From: a virus
Length of the DNA stretch: 53,316 bases
Virus record (IMG/VR): IMGVR_UViG_3300032007_000120
Reading direction: 5' to 3' (one strand)
Position 1 is the stretch's first letter; each line of letters begins with the position of its first letter. Below, piece by piece: positions 27,831 to 36,796 of the stretch. A model generated the notes under the pieces. The model saw only the letters and a list, made by a program, of their open reading frames with translations, did no database searches and was not told where the DNA came from. Position numbers and translations under genes: made by a program.

Positions 27831-29039
27831 ATGGAAACTTCGAAGAAAAGAGTAAGAATTGACTATGCTCCACTGAACGTCGCGGTGTCTCTGGTCTGTC
27901 TGACCTCTGGTTCTCCGCTGACGCAGGTGTTCAACGCTAAGGCAAACACCTACGAGCCTAATAGAGAGTTGACTCCTACGGTGATCAAGCCAAATGTCAC
28001 GATCAACGCGAACGATGGCAGTATCAAGACACCTTACGGAAACTCCATGCTCGCAAGCATGAAGTGGTTCGTCAACGGTACGGACATCTCTACACTGGAC
28101 GAATGGAAGAACAAGTACACGATCCTCACAGACGGAGCGAACAGAGGTAGCATTCAGATCTCGAAGAACGTCGAGGTCGAGAAGGTCTACAGCCTGCACT
28201 TCGAAGCAGAGGTGGCAGACAGACGACTGGGTGTCAACATACCTATCAAGACGGATTCAGTCAATTTGTCCACAACGGACAAGTCAGAGACGGACTACTC
28301 TCTGTCTGTTCTGGAAGATCCAGTGATCATCTACAATCCGTTTCTTGACAAACTACTTGCGTATGATTACAAGGTCGCTCATGGGCTTATCACTGCGTCC
28401 TCTGACGCACGCAACGAGGCTCTGGACGTGAATTCCTACGAACGGACGATACCTATCTATCTGTATCGTGGCGCAGGACTCTCGGAGAACTCTTATACGG
28501 TGAAAGTCTTCAAGATCAACAGCGATAAAACAGAGACAGAAATCACCGCTGCAGACGACAACGAGTTCAACGAGATCGCTTACGATCACATCACGATGGA
28601 TCTGCGAATGGTCACGAAGCAGGACTATATGTTACGCGCTTACGTCGACGGAAAGAACGTGGATCAATGGCAGTTCTCCGTCGGCAGGGTCTATCCAGAC
28701 TATAGGATCAGAGGAACAAACGGAACGTCCATCGCACCTACGGACACAGACCGCTACGACAAAGCAATGGTGGACTGCGACGGAAACATCGTCGAGAACG
28801 CGGAGAATATCATCTCCATACTCTGGTACACTGCGACTGCAAGCAATAGCAGGGTGCAGCATAACGAAGGCGGAGAGACGCTATATACGCTCGAATCCAC
28901 TGGCATAGGAAAAGACTATAACAACGACTGGCTCGACGAATGGACGGAGAGCGGACAAAAGGAAGAATATTCCGTTGCTCTGGACGAGTCTGGCAACGAA
29001 CTTGTCGACGAAAACGGAGACACATTAATCATAAACTAA
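27831..29039 (+). CDS. Baseplate/tail fibre module protein
   Basis: 402 aa. Assigned by position only. Confidence 0.4.
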   Translation: METSKKRVRIDYAPLNVAVSLVCLTSGSPLTQVFNAKANTYEPNRELTPTVIKPNVTINANDGSIKTPYGNSMLASMKWFVNGTDISTLDEWKNKYTILTDGANRGSIQISKNVEVEKVYSLHFEAEVADRRLGVNIPIKTDSVNLSTTDKSETDYSLSVLEDPVIIYNPFLDKLLAYDYKVAHGLITASSDARNEALDVNSYERTIPIYLYRGAGLSENSYTVKVFKINSDKTETEITAADDNEFNEIAYDHITMDLRMVTKQDYMLRAYVDGKNVDQWQFSVGRVYPDYRIRGTNGTSIAPTDTDRYDKAMVDCDGNIVENAENIISILWYTATASNSRVQHNEGGETLYTLESTGIGKDYNNDWLDEWTESGQKEEYSVALDESGNELVDENGDTLIIN

Positions 29040-29040
29040 T

Positions 29041-29259
29041 ATGCAGTATATCATCGCAAACAAGAGCAAGGCGATTCCGAAAGGCTTCACCGTCATGGGT
29101 CACAGAACGCATGGAGACAAGATTCTGCTCAATGAGAAGGAGATTTTGGACTCTAACGAACTCACTGGAGACCTCAATGAAAGGGCAAAAGAGATAGACG
29201 GTATCGTTTATTCAGAGCCTAAAGTTATCAACGTAATACAAATGGAGGGCTGGAAATGA
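29041..29259 (+). CDS. Hypothetical protein (72 aa)
   Basis: ORF coupled to its neighbours within the tail module. Confidence 0.4.
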   Translation: MQYIIANKSKAIPKGFTVMGHRTHGDKILLNEKEILDSNELTGDLNERAKEIDGIVYSEPKVINVIQMEGWK

Positions 29260-30293
29260 GCAAAAGTTATTCCGCACAAGGTTCAATAACCATCAAGCGA
29301 CTCCGCAGCGGAGATACGTTGTATATCTCTTTCGACACGAACGGAAAACCGCTATATCAAGGTGTAGACACGACGAAGACTGGCAAGGTTACTCCAGACT
29401 GGACGGTAGCAGCAAATCAGCCAGTACGTATTCCGAACATCACTACCATCAAAGGACAGACGGTGTCAGTATCTAACCACCAGTGGAAACACAACGGAGT
29501 CGTACTGACATTCAACGGAGACACCGACGGAGAATACATCAAGGATTCTACTGGCAAGTTCGAAATGAATCCAAGCAATGGAGCAATCAAGATCATTGCA
29601 AATCTTGCGTCGAAAACCAACTACGCGAACGACTCTCTGGAATATTCCTGCGTCGCTACGCTTGCAGGTGTCGAGTACAACCTCTCGAAGTCAACGGACA
29701 TCATTATCCAGAGCGTAGGCGCGTCGTCATATAATGGCATGGTCTGGGCAATCACAGAGCAACTGACTGGATCTGTAACTTCTACAAAAGTCTACTCTCA
29801 GTTGACACTGGCAGGATCTAACATTTCTTCATACGTCAAGTGGTACAAGAACTCCGTAACAACCAACAACGCATGGACGGATAAGAACGGGAAGAGTGAG
29901 ATTGACGTTACACGCGACGACGTGAACGGAACTACTCTCTTTATTGCAGAGTTCTATCTTGCTTCCACTGATACCACTCCAGTATTCAGAGCAGCCTGCA
30001 GGATCAAGGACGCAGCAGACGACTTCCAGATCGTCTACTACATCTCTTCGGACAACAAGACCGTAGACAAAGGAAAGGACGTGGAGGTAACTGGAAAGAT
30101 CGTGAACATGAGAACGAACTCCGAAGTCACTGCGTCTTCCGCATCGTGGAAAACCTACGTCATGGACAAGAAGAACTGGACACCGACACAGACGGTATCT
30201 TCCAACGTTGTAACCGTCACAACTGCGGACACCGACACAGACGCAGGAGAGAACGACGTGGAAGTGACTGGAGAGGTCAACTGGGACGAGTAA
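29256..30293 (+). CDS. Tail module protein, beta-rich (345 aa)
   Basis: Thr/Ser/Val/Asn-rich composition. Assigned by position. Confidence 0.4.
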   Translation: MSKSYSAQGSITIKRLRSGDTLYISFDTNGKPLYQGVDTTKTGKVTPDWTVAANQPVRIPNITTIKGQTVSVSNHQWKHNGVVLTFNGDTDGEYIKDSTGKFEMNPSNGAIKIIANLASKTNYANDSLEYSCVATLAGVEYNLSKSTDIIIQSVGASSYNGMVWAITEQLTGSVTSTKVYSQLTLAGSNISSYVKWYKNSVTTNNAWTDKNGKSEIDVTRDDVNGTTLFIAEFYLASTDTTPVFRAACRIKDAADDFQIVYYISSDNKTVDKGKDVEVTGKIVNMRTNSEVTASSASWKTYVMDKKNWTPTQTVSSNVVTVTTADTDTDAGENDVEVTGEVNWDE

Positions 30294-30326
30294 TCAACTT
30301 TATAAACAACAATAAAACAGAAGAAA

Positions 30327-31607
30327 ATGAGTAAGAAAAGTCTTGCAACTGCTACTGCGGTGACATCAATGCTAAAAACGAACTCAATCGTCGTTGAGAT
30401 AGGAGGATCTATCCGTCGTATCACTCTGGACAACTTCATGAACGCGATACAGACTGGCGCGCTTGAACTCCGCCAGTATGCGTGGGGTGTGCCTATCATG
30501 CAGAGTAAGCAGTTCTCTCCTGCGTGGGGACGCGTCGGAAATCTGGATATGTGGGCAGAGTACAAGTCACAGATGGGACGTTACCTGCTGACGAACAACG
30601 GACTTATGGCAAAACTCTCCGCCAGTGACTCTACAAAGTTCGCGGACGGAACAACGGTGGACGAGACCAAAGGTCACGTCGTTTTTCATGCTCCAAGACT
30701 CTACTATCTGGTCAAGGAGGACTCCATAACTGGTGTTCCTTATCTCTGGGGTAGTATGCAGCCTATCTCTGGACACTACATCGAAGCACCTACGATCGGT
30801 GCGTACAAAGGTTATGTTCTGAACAACAAACTGGTGTCTCGTTCTGGCTACGCTCCGACTGGCAGTAAGACCATCAACGATTTCTGGAATGCAGCAAGAG
30901 CCAACGGAAACAACTTTGGTCTGACTAACTACGACCATCGTCGTTTTATGAAGATGATCTCGCTCTTCGAATTCGGAAATACCAACGATCAAGAAAATGT
31001 CGGTTATGGTTGTTGCGGTGACGGAAATACTTGGGATAAGACAAACGGTCTGCTCACTGGCGCAACCGCATCTCTGGGAGACGCTTGCGGATCTATAGAC
31101 ATCAGCAGCGTTGCAGGAAACTCCAAGTCTTCTCGCGTCAACTTATTCGGTATCGAAGATCCTTGGGGTTGGCAATGGGAGTTTACGCAGGGTATCTACT
31201 GCGGTAACTCTGGCAACGACGCGCAGTCTGGAAAAGAAGTATTCATCTATCAAGGAAACAGACTTCCATCTGACTCCGAACTCAAGACGACACCTTCTGG
31301 AGACTTCCGCCAGTTGACACGTATTGCTACTTCTACTGAAGGTTGGATAGGAGAGGAAACTCTCGGAGAATACTTCGATCTCATTCCTACAAGACATGGA
31401 GGTGATAGTAACAGCTACTGGTGCGATTATCACTGGGGCAACACTACTGGTCAAGTCGTTCTGTTTGGCGGTTCTGCGCGCGACGGTGCGGGCTGCGGTC
31501 TCGCTTTCGTCCGCTCGCATACCGCGTGGTCGGCCGCGTGGACGGCTTACGGCTCTCGCCTTGCTTATTATGGTACACCCACAATAGTGAACGGAGCAGA
31601 CTTGTAA
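30327..31607 (+). CDS. DGR target protein (tail fibre/receptor-binding candidate) with a C-terminal variable region
   Basis: 426 aa. The last ~50 codons contain VR 31454-31567. The C-terminus WGNTTGQVVLFGGSARDGAGCGLAFVRSHTAWSAAWTAYGSRL resembles C-type-lectin-fold DGR variable proteins. Confidence 0.85.
   Translation: MSKKSLATATAVTSMLKTNSIVVEIGGSIRRITLDNFMNAIQTGALELRQYAWGVPIMQSKQFSPAWGRVGNLDMWAEYKSQMGRYLLTNNGLMAKLSASDSTKFADGTTVDETKGHVVFHAPRLYYLVKEDSITGVPYLWGSMQPISGHYIEAPTIGAYKGYVLNNKLVSRSGYAPTGSKTINDFWNAARANGNNFGLTNYDHRRFMKMISLFEFGNTNDQENVGYGCCGDGNTWDKTNGLLTGATASLGDACGSIDISSVAGNSKSSRVNLFGIEDPWGWQWEFTQGIYCGNSGNDAQSGKEVFIYQGNRLPSDSELKTTPSGDFRQLTRIATSTEGWIGEETLGEYFDLIPTRHGGDSNSYWCDYHWGNTTGQVVLFGGSARDGAGCGLAFVRSHTAWSAAWTAYGSRLAYYGTPTIVNGADL
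31454..31567 (+). repeat. DGR variable repeat (VR)
   Basis: 114 bp aligned to the TR at a constant offset of +261. There are 18 mismatches, all opposite TR adenines. Confidence 0.92.
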
Positions 31608-31643
31608 AGCAGAGAGTAATTAAGTAAGCCAAGTCTTCTGGCG

Positions 31644-31682
31644 GTCGGTCGCGCGGACGCAAGGGAGCGCGACCCGACTTTT
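31644..31682 (+). terminator. GC-rich hairpin plus TTTT between VR and TR
   Basis: Stem gtcggtcgcgc / gcgcgacccgac with one bulge, a 12-nt loop, then tttt. Confidence 0.6.
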
Positions 31683-31714
31683 GGAGCAAAAAAAACAAGG
31701 TGGAGAGAAACAAG

Positions 31715-31828
31715 AGTCGTTCTGTTTGGCGGTAATGCGAACAACGGTGCGAACTGCGGTCTCGCTTACGTCAACTCGAATAACGCGTGGTCGAACGCGT
31801 GGACGAATTACGGCTCTCGCCTAACTTA
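31715..31828 (+). repeat. DGR template repeat (TR)
   Basis: Non-coding copy of the VR containing 25 adenines, 18 of which differ in the VR. In the VR frame it reads VVLFGGNANNGANCGLAYVNSNNAWSNAWTNYGSRLT (AAY-codon design). Confidence 0.92.
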
Positions 31829-32023
31829 GATATTAATCGCTGCGGTCGTCAAGTTGATGTTCTTTCAATACTGACGACGGACGAGTTTCTCAAACCGCGA
31901 CGACAAAGAGAAATCTGTAAGTCGAAAAATATATGCAGGAAAGTCCTACGACTTGCACGAATAGGACAAGCAGTGTTAGTAACCATCAATGGAGAACGCT
32001 CTGGGCGGAGAAAATAAGCAAGC

Positions 32024-33547
32024 ATGAAGACAACAAAGAACGTGATAGATCAGATCGCAGACAGAACGAATCTGGAGATCGGAGCGGACGACGCACGCAC
32101 AGCGGTACGGAAGCAGCACTCCGTCAAGCGGAGGAAAGAGAAGAATGAGAAAAACAAGGAAAAAGAATACGACTGGAGACCGACGTTCATCAAAAGGTTC
32201 GACGAGAACAAAACCGAATATATGGACGCGATCCAGAACATGGTCATACTGGGAGTATATCCTGCGAAGGAATATCACGCAGTTACACATCATGCAGTCG
32301 ACAAGGACAGAGTAATCTATCCACAGCCTTTCTATCCTTGGTCAATACTTTTCCATACTGTAAAGAACGTCATAGAGCCTATAGTTGAGAAGAATCTCAT
32401 TCTGGACACGTCTGCAGGAAGAAAAGAAAAAGGGCAGACATTATGCGAGAAACGCATGAGAATGTTCGTGAGACGTTATCCAGAGTATAAATGGTTCGTC
32501 AAGATCGACTTGAGGAAGTTCTATCCTACATTACCACATCGAGAGGTAATTGCAGCGTTAAGAAGTATCATCAAAGACGATCTGTTCATGAACTTGATCG
32601 AGAACACAATGCTCGACTATGAGTCTGACATGGTAGATCTCCTGCAAGAGGAAGTCAAGAAGAAGGAATTATGCAAATGGAGATCCACAGAACCACTGCC
32701 AGACTGGTACTGGACTTGCAAACGAGGAATAACGATCGGATCTTGCATCTCGCAGATCATCGGGAATCTGGTTCTCTCCAGAGTCGATCACAAGTTCAAG
32801 GAGGTATATAAATGTAAGGTCTATCACAGACACTGCGACGACATCGTGATTCTGGCACATACGAAAGAGGAAGCGTACTACTATTTCAATCGCATGGACT
32901 ATGAGATGAACCAGATCGGAATGTGCGTCAAGGCTTCATCAATAATCGCTCCAATAGAAGACGAGGAAGATATATTTAACAACGGACGCAAGATAGACTT
33001 CTGCGGATATGTCTACACCAGACACAACGTCGGAATGCGAAAGCGTAACAAGGTACGCTGCGCGAAGGCACTCCACAGAGTGAAGTCCAGAAAGCGAAGG
33101 CAGGAGATACTTGCTGCATACTACGGAATAGCGAAGTGGGGAAACTGCAGAAATCTATGGCGCGTCCTAACTGGTAAGAATATGAGTTTCGCGGATCATG
33201 GTATTAAGACAGAGGTGGTGAGTCGTGCAAAGGACGGAAAGCGGTTCTTCGATTGCCCAGAAACAACGCAGGCACAACTTGCGCAGGACGAGACAGACAT
33301 CATCATTTATGACTTCGAAGACGGTCTAACAATAAACGGAAAATCGAACAAGTGTGCGATCCTATTCAGAAACATCTCTGACAAGGACAACACTCGGAGA
33401 AAGTTCATCACGTCGTCTTCCAGAATCATCGACAAACTGAACAAGGCTCGCGACATGGAGAAGAATGGAGAGAAGATCTTTCCACAGCCTACGAAAGTTT
33501 TCGAGGTGCGTCTGAAAGGCGGACGTTATACATACGATATTGAATAA
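32024..33547 (+). CDS. DGR-type reverse transcriptase (extended, 507 aa)
   Basis: RT motif A: FVKID(162)LRKFYPTLPH. DGR-signature motif: ITIGSCISQIIGNLVLSRVDH. Catalytic box: YHRH(270)CDDIVIL. Lies 195 nt downstream of the TR. Confidence 0.88.
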   Translation: MKTTKNVIDQIADRTNLEIGADDARTAVRKQHSVKRRKEKNEKNKEKEYDWRPTFIKRFDENKTEYMDAIQNMVILGVYPAKEYHAVTHHAVDKDRVIYPQPFYPWSILFHTVKNVIEPIVEKNLILDTSAGRKEKGQTLCEKRMRMFVRRYPEYKWFVKIDLRKFYPTLPHREVIAALRSIIKDDLFMNLIENTMLDYESDMVDLLQEEVKKKELCKWRSTEPLPDWYWTCKRGITIGSCISQIIGNLVLSRVDHKFKEVYKCKVYHRHCDDIVILAHTKEEAYYYFNRMDYEMNQIGMCVKASSIIAPIEDEEDIFNNGRKIDFCGYVYTRHNVGMRKRNKVRCAKALHRVKSRKRRQEILAAYYGIAKWGNCRNLWRVLTGKNMSFADHGIKTEVVSRAKDGKRFFDCPETTQAQLAQDETDIIIYDFEDGLTINGKSNKCAILFRNISDKDNTRRKFITSSSRIIDKLNKARDMEKNGEKIFPQPTKVFEVRLKGGRYTYDIE

Positions 33548-33575
33548 ATCATCATCAACTTAAAAAAGTAACACT

Positions 33576-33980
33576 ATGAAGGTATTCACTATTCTGGAAA
33601 ATGGCATTCCTACAGATGGAATCAACACCGTAGAGGAAGGATCTCTACTCCGTATCTACTTCGACTATGCAGTGTATGACATGGCGCAGACAGACGAATC
33701 TGGCAACGAGACGAAGGTCGAGAACTCCTATTCCTGCGAGAACGTGGACATCGACGGGAAGAGAGACTATTCTTCGATCGTTGCAGCAATCGTCTCAAGC
33801 AAGTACTCTAACGACGACGTTACTGCTATCATCGCGAACAAGGCTCTGGCTGACGACTCGACATCTGACATCACCGACGCGAAGCGGACGGAATATCAGA
33901 CAGAATACACCAACTTCCAGACATGGCGCAGTCATGCTAAGGAGGTGGCGGACAAGGTGATCAGCAAACTGGAGTCTTAA
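33576..33980 (+). CDS. Acidic hypothetical protein (134 aa)
   Basis: ORF between the RT and the next fibre gene. D/E/T-rich. Confidence 0.5.
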   Translation: MKVFTILENGIPTDGINTVEEGSLLRIYFDYAVYDMAQTDESGNETKVENSYSCENVDIDGKRDYSSIVAAIVSSKYSNDDVTAIIANKALADDSTSDITDAKRTEYQTEYTNFQTWRSHAKEVADKVISKLES

Positions 33981-33999
33981 GCAATAAAATCAGAAGGAA

Positions 34000-35802
34000 A
34001 TGGTAAATAGGTCTGCACAAGGTCATTTGACGGTGGTCAGACAGCGCAACGGCAAGGACGGAAGCACTGGCAATGGTATCAAGACCATCGTCAAGGAATA
34101 CTATAAGTCTACGTCTTCTATATCTCTTGTGGGCGGATCATGGTCTACAGACGTACCGACGTGGACGAACGGAACATACATCTGGACGCGTGATCATATC
34201 ACCTACACAGACGGAACGGAAGTCTACACGAATCCAGTAAACACGACTGGAGCGCAGGGAGCGCAGGGAGAGCAGGGTGCGATACTACGTCTATCAGAAT
34301 GGAACGCGAACGTACCGCGAGAGTATCTGGCAGGCAATCGAGGGGAGAAATATCATGACGTGATCGTCTACAATGACAACTTCTACGACTGCATTCTCTC
34401 GCATATCTCGTCCACCACAACTCCAGACCAAGACACTACTCACTGGAAGCAGGGAGACCAGAGAGACTTCGTCGCGACTAAAGTACTGCTCGCGCGGAAC
34501 GCTCTGATCAAGATTCTGGCAAGTAACCAGATCACCGTCTACGACAACGACGGAAACGTCTCTGGAGGTATGCAGGGAAATCCTGCAATTCCTATCTTCT
34601 GGGCAGGCGCGGAGAATCCATCATCTGGAGCATACCAACAGAATATCGACGGAAGCGCGACGTATGGAAATCCGCAGGGAGAACACATTCTTCTCGATCC
34701 TGCAGGAAAGACCATCAAGTTCTTCAACTCAAGCAACCAGTTCGTAACGGAGCATAACGCGAAGACATTCTCTAATCTGTCTTCGATCCTTCCTGCAGGA
34801 TGTACGGTCACTCTGTCAAGCAGCAACACTCTGGTAACGATCAATCCAAGCGTAGATAGGATCTGGTACGGAGTGCAGGGTACTGACACCAGTTACTTCA
34901 CAAGCGTCTGGGCTGCATCTGCGAACGGTATTCTGACGGTCAACATGAACCAGATGTTGGTGTCGATTACGACGGAGTATCATAGCAACCAGAATGTCGG
35001 AGGATTGGCAACCGTATCACTCTGCCTATACAGATACAGCGACTCTGCAGGCACGAAGCAGTCTGCGAGATCCATTCTATACACTTTGACGCGACAAGGT
35101 AAGAACGACGGAGCAGCATGCCAGTCAATAGAGAATAACTTCCATGTATCGACTCGCATCTATTCTGGAGGTTACTATCGTCTGGGTGTCGAACTCTCCT
35201 ATTTCGGTGGAGGATCAAGCAACGTCTCGACCTGCTTTGCGAAGTACAACGCTCTGTCTGCTTCGATCGAGTCTGACGTTTATTCGAATATGTTCTTCGG
35301 AAACGGATTGGTCTTGTCAAAGTCTACAGATAACTACTTCGCAGCAATGCTTGAGAACTCGACAAATATGAGAATGGCGATCTCTAACTCAAGTTACGGA
35401 CTGGACGTGAGCAACGGGAACGGAGTAATGATGAAGAAGGGAACACTCTGGCATAAGCAAATGATTACTCTCTTCGCTATGCGGATCACTGGCTATTCGA
35501 CTGGTGTCTCCATCATCTGCAAGAGCAATGCCACCTTTAACCCGAATACTACGTCGGCAACGACGAACGCAGGATCGGTCTACAGAGTCAAGGAAGGTGT
35601 CTATCGCATCTATTTTCCGACCGCGTGGTCTACTTATAAGATAGGTACTAACGGAGTCTGCTTCGTTACCGCTATCGAGAACGAGACTACCCACGGTTGG
35701 TTGGCGCGCGTCTATGAGATCACCGACACCTACGTAGAGGTATGCACGTCGGACGACCGTTCTCCGAACGAGGGAAAATTATTTGTCGAACTTAAAATAT
35801 AA
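34000..35802 (+). CDS. Tail fibre protein
   Basis: 600 aa. Short collagen-like run TGAQGAQGEQGA, with a beta-rich remainder. Last structural gene before the lysis cassette. Confidence 0.6.
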   Translation: MVNRSAQGHLTVVRQRNGKDGSTGNGIKTIVKEYYKSTSSISLVGGSWSTDVPTWTNGTYIWTRDHITYTDGTEVYTNPVNTTGAQGAQGEQGAILRLSEWNANVPREYLAGNRGEKYHDVIVYNDNFYDCILSHISSTTTPDQDTTHWKQGDQRDFVATKVLLARNALIKILASNQITVYDNDGNVSGGMQGNPAIPIFWAGAENPSSGAYQQNIDGSATYGNPQGEHILLDPAGKTIKFFNSSNQFVTEHNAKTFSNLSSILPAGCTVTLSSSNTLVTINPSVDRIWYGVQGTDTSYFTSVWAASANGILTVNMNQMLVSITTEYHSNQNVGGLATVSLCLYRYSDSAGTKQSARSILYTLTRQGKNDGAACQSIENNFHVSTRIYSGGYYRLGVELSYFGGGSSNVSTCFAKYNALSASIESDVYSNMFFGNGLVLSKSTDNYFAAMLENSTNMRMAISNSSYGLDVSNGNGVMMKKGTLWHKQMITLFAMRITGYSTGVSIICKSNATFNPNTTSATTNAGSVYRVKEGVYRIYFPTAWSTYKIGTNGVCFVTAIENETTHGWLARVYEITDTYVEVCTSDDRSPNEGKLFVELKI

Positions 35803-35808
35803 TAAGGT

Positions 35809-36189
35809 ATGAGAAGTTTATCTGATAAGAGGCTGATCGTGCAGTGCGCGATCAACGGAGAGGTGGCACGATTTCTTCTGGACACTGGCGCAAGCGTAGG
35901 TCTGATCAACTATCGCGAGCGTAAGAGATACCAGATCAAGGTCGGCAGACGTTTTCCGACAAAACTGGTGGGAGCAGGCGGAGATCTGGACGCGTATTAC
36001 TGCAATACGTTCGTCTGGTTTCAGAACCGCCAGATCGCGCAGTTCTTACTTGCGGACATCAACAACGTCGTGGAATCCATCAAGCAGGAGACTGGGATCG
36101 AGATACAAGGAATCATCTGTCTGCAACAGATGAAAGACGTGGGTATCGACATCGACGCTAACTCAAACGACATTTCTATAGAGGACTGA
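35809..36189 (+). CDS. Retropepsin-like (clan AA) aspartic protease
   Basis: 126 aa. Active-site motif FLLDTGASVGLI, a flap-like VGAGG and the C-terminal IQGIICLQQM (GILG-like) motif. Confidence 0.65.
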   Translation: MRSLSDKRLIVQCAINGEVARFLLDTGASVGLINYRERKRYQIKVGRRFPTKLVGAGGDLDAYYCNTFVWFQNRQIAQFLLADINNVVESIKQETGIEIQGIICLQQMKDVGIDIDANSNDISIED

Positions 36190-36251
36190 CTGACATAAGT
36201 GGTAAGTGACTGATACCATAACATTAATAACTTTAATAAGAAAAGAATCAA

Positions 36252-36794
36252 ATGAGAATACCACAAAGTGTTACAAACACCACAGCAGGACTTATAACTC
36301 CTGCTGCGGTAATGTTCCTCAACGACTCCATCAAGGACATGATACCTTGGTTGATAACGATGTTCTTCGTCGTCATAGCGGACTTGATCGCAGGAGTAAG
36401 AAAGTCGCTCAAACTGAACATTCATGTTTCAGTAAGCATGGCATTCCGCGAAACGATGGGTAAACTGATCACCTATACTGCTTTCGTTCTCATGGTCTGC
36501 ATGATCGACACAGCGTCGAACCATACGATGTTACTGGCGAAGTGGGGTTGTCTGTTCATCGCTTTTCTGGAAGGAATCTCCGTAATCGGAAACATTCTCA
36601 AACCTATGGGAATCGACCTATCCATGAAGTCTTTCCTCAAGATCTTCGCGAATAGAGTCGTACACATAGACAGCGAAGAAGCGTCCGAACTCGTCGGAGA
36701 GAACGATACTCTGAATGTGATCAAGCACAGAGAGAAGGAGCGGTGGGAACACCGAAAACGTCATGAATACGGAGCAAAAAAGAAGGAGGACTGA
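36252..36794 (+). CDS. Holin
   Basis: 180 aa with several TM helices (WLITMFFVVIADLIAGV, LITYTAFVLMVCMI, WGCLFIAFLEGISVIGNIL). Directly upstream of the endolysin. Confidence 0.65.
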   Translation: MRIPQSVTNTTAGLITPAAVMFLNDSIKDMIPWLITMFFVVIADLIAGVRKSLKLNIHVSVSMAFRETMGKLITYTAFVLMVCMIDTASNHTMLLAKWGCLFIAFLEGISVIGNILKPMGIDLSMKSFLKIFANRVVHIDSEEASELVGENDTLNVIKHREKERWEHRKRHEYGAKKKED

Positions 36795-36796
36795 CT

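Noticed and set aside
31787-32017. 76-aa ORF between TR and RT as a possible Avd accessory protein.
   Set aside because: It begins at a non-ATG codon inside the TR itself. It overlaps the structured TR-spacer RNA and has an Arg/Cys-rich, non-helical composition.
33576-33980. 134-aa protein after the RT as the missing Avd.
   Set aside because: The size is right, but the sequence is strongly acidic (many D/E/T), whereas Avd proteins are basic nucleic-acid binders. I kept it as a hypothetical protein; structure prediction could revisit this.
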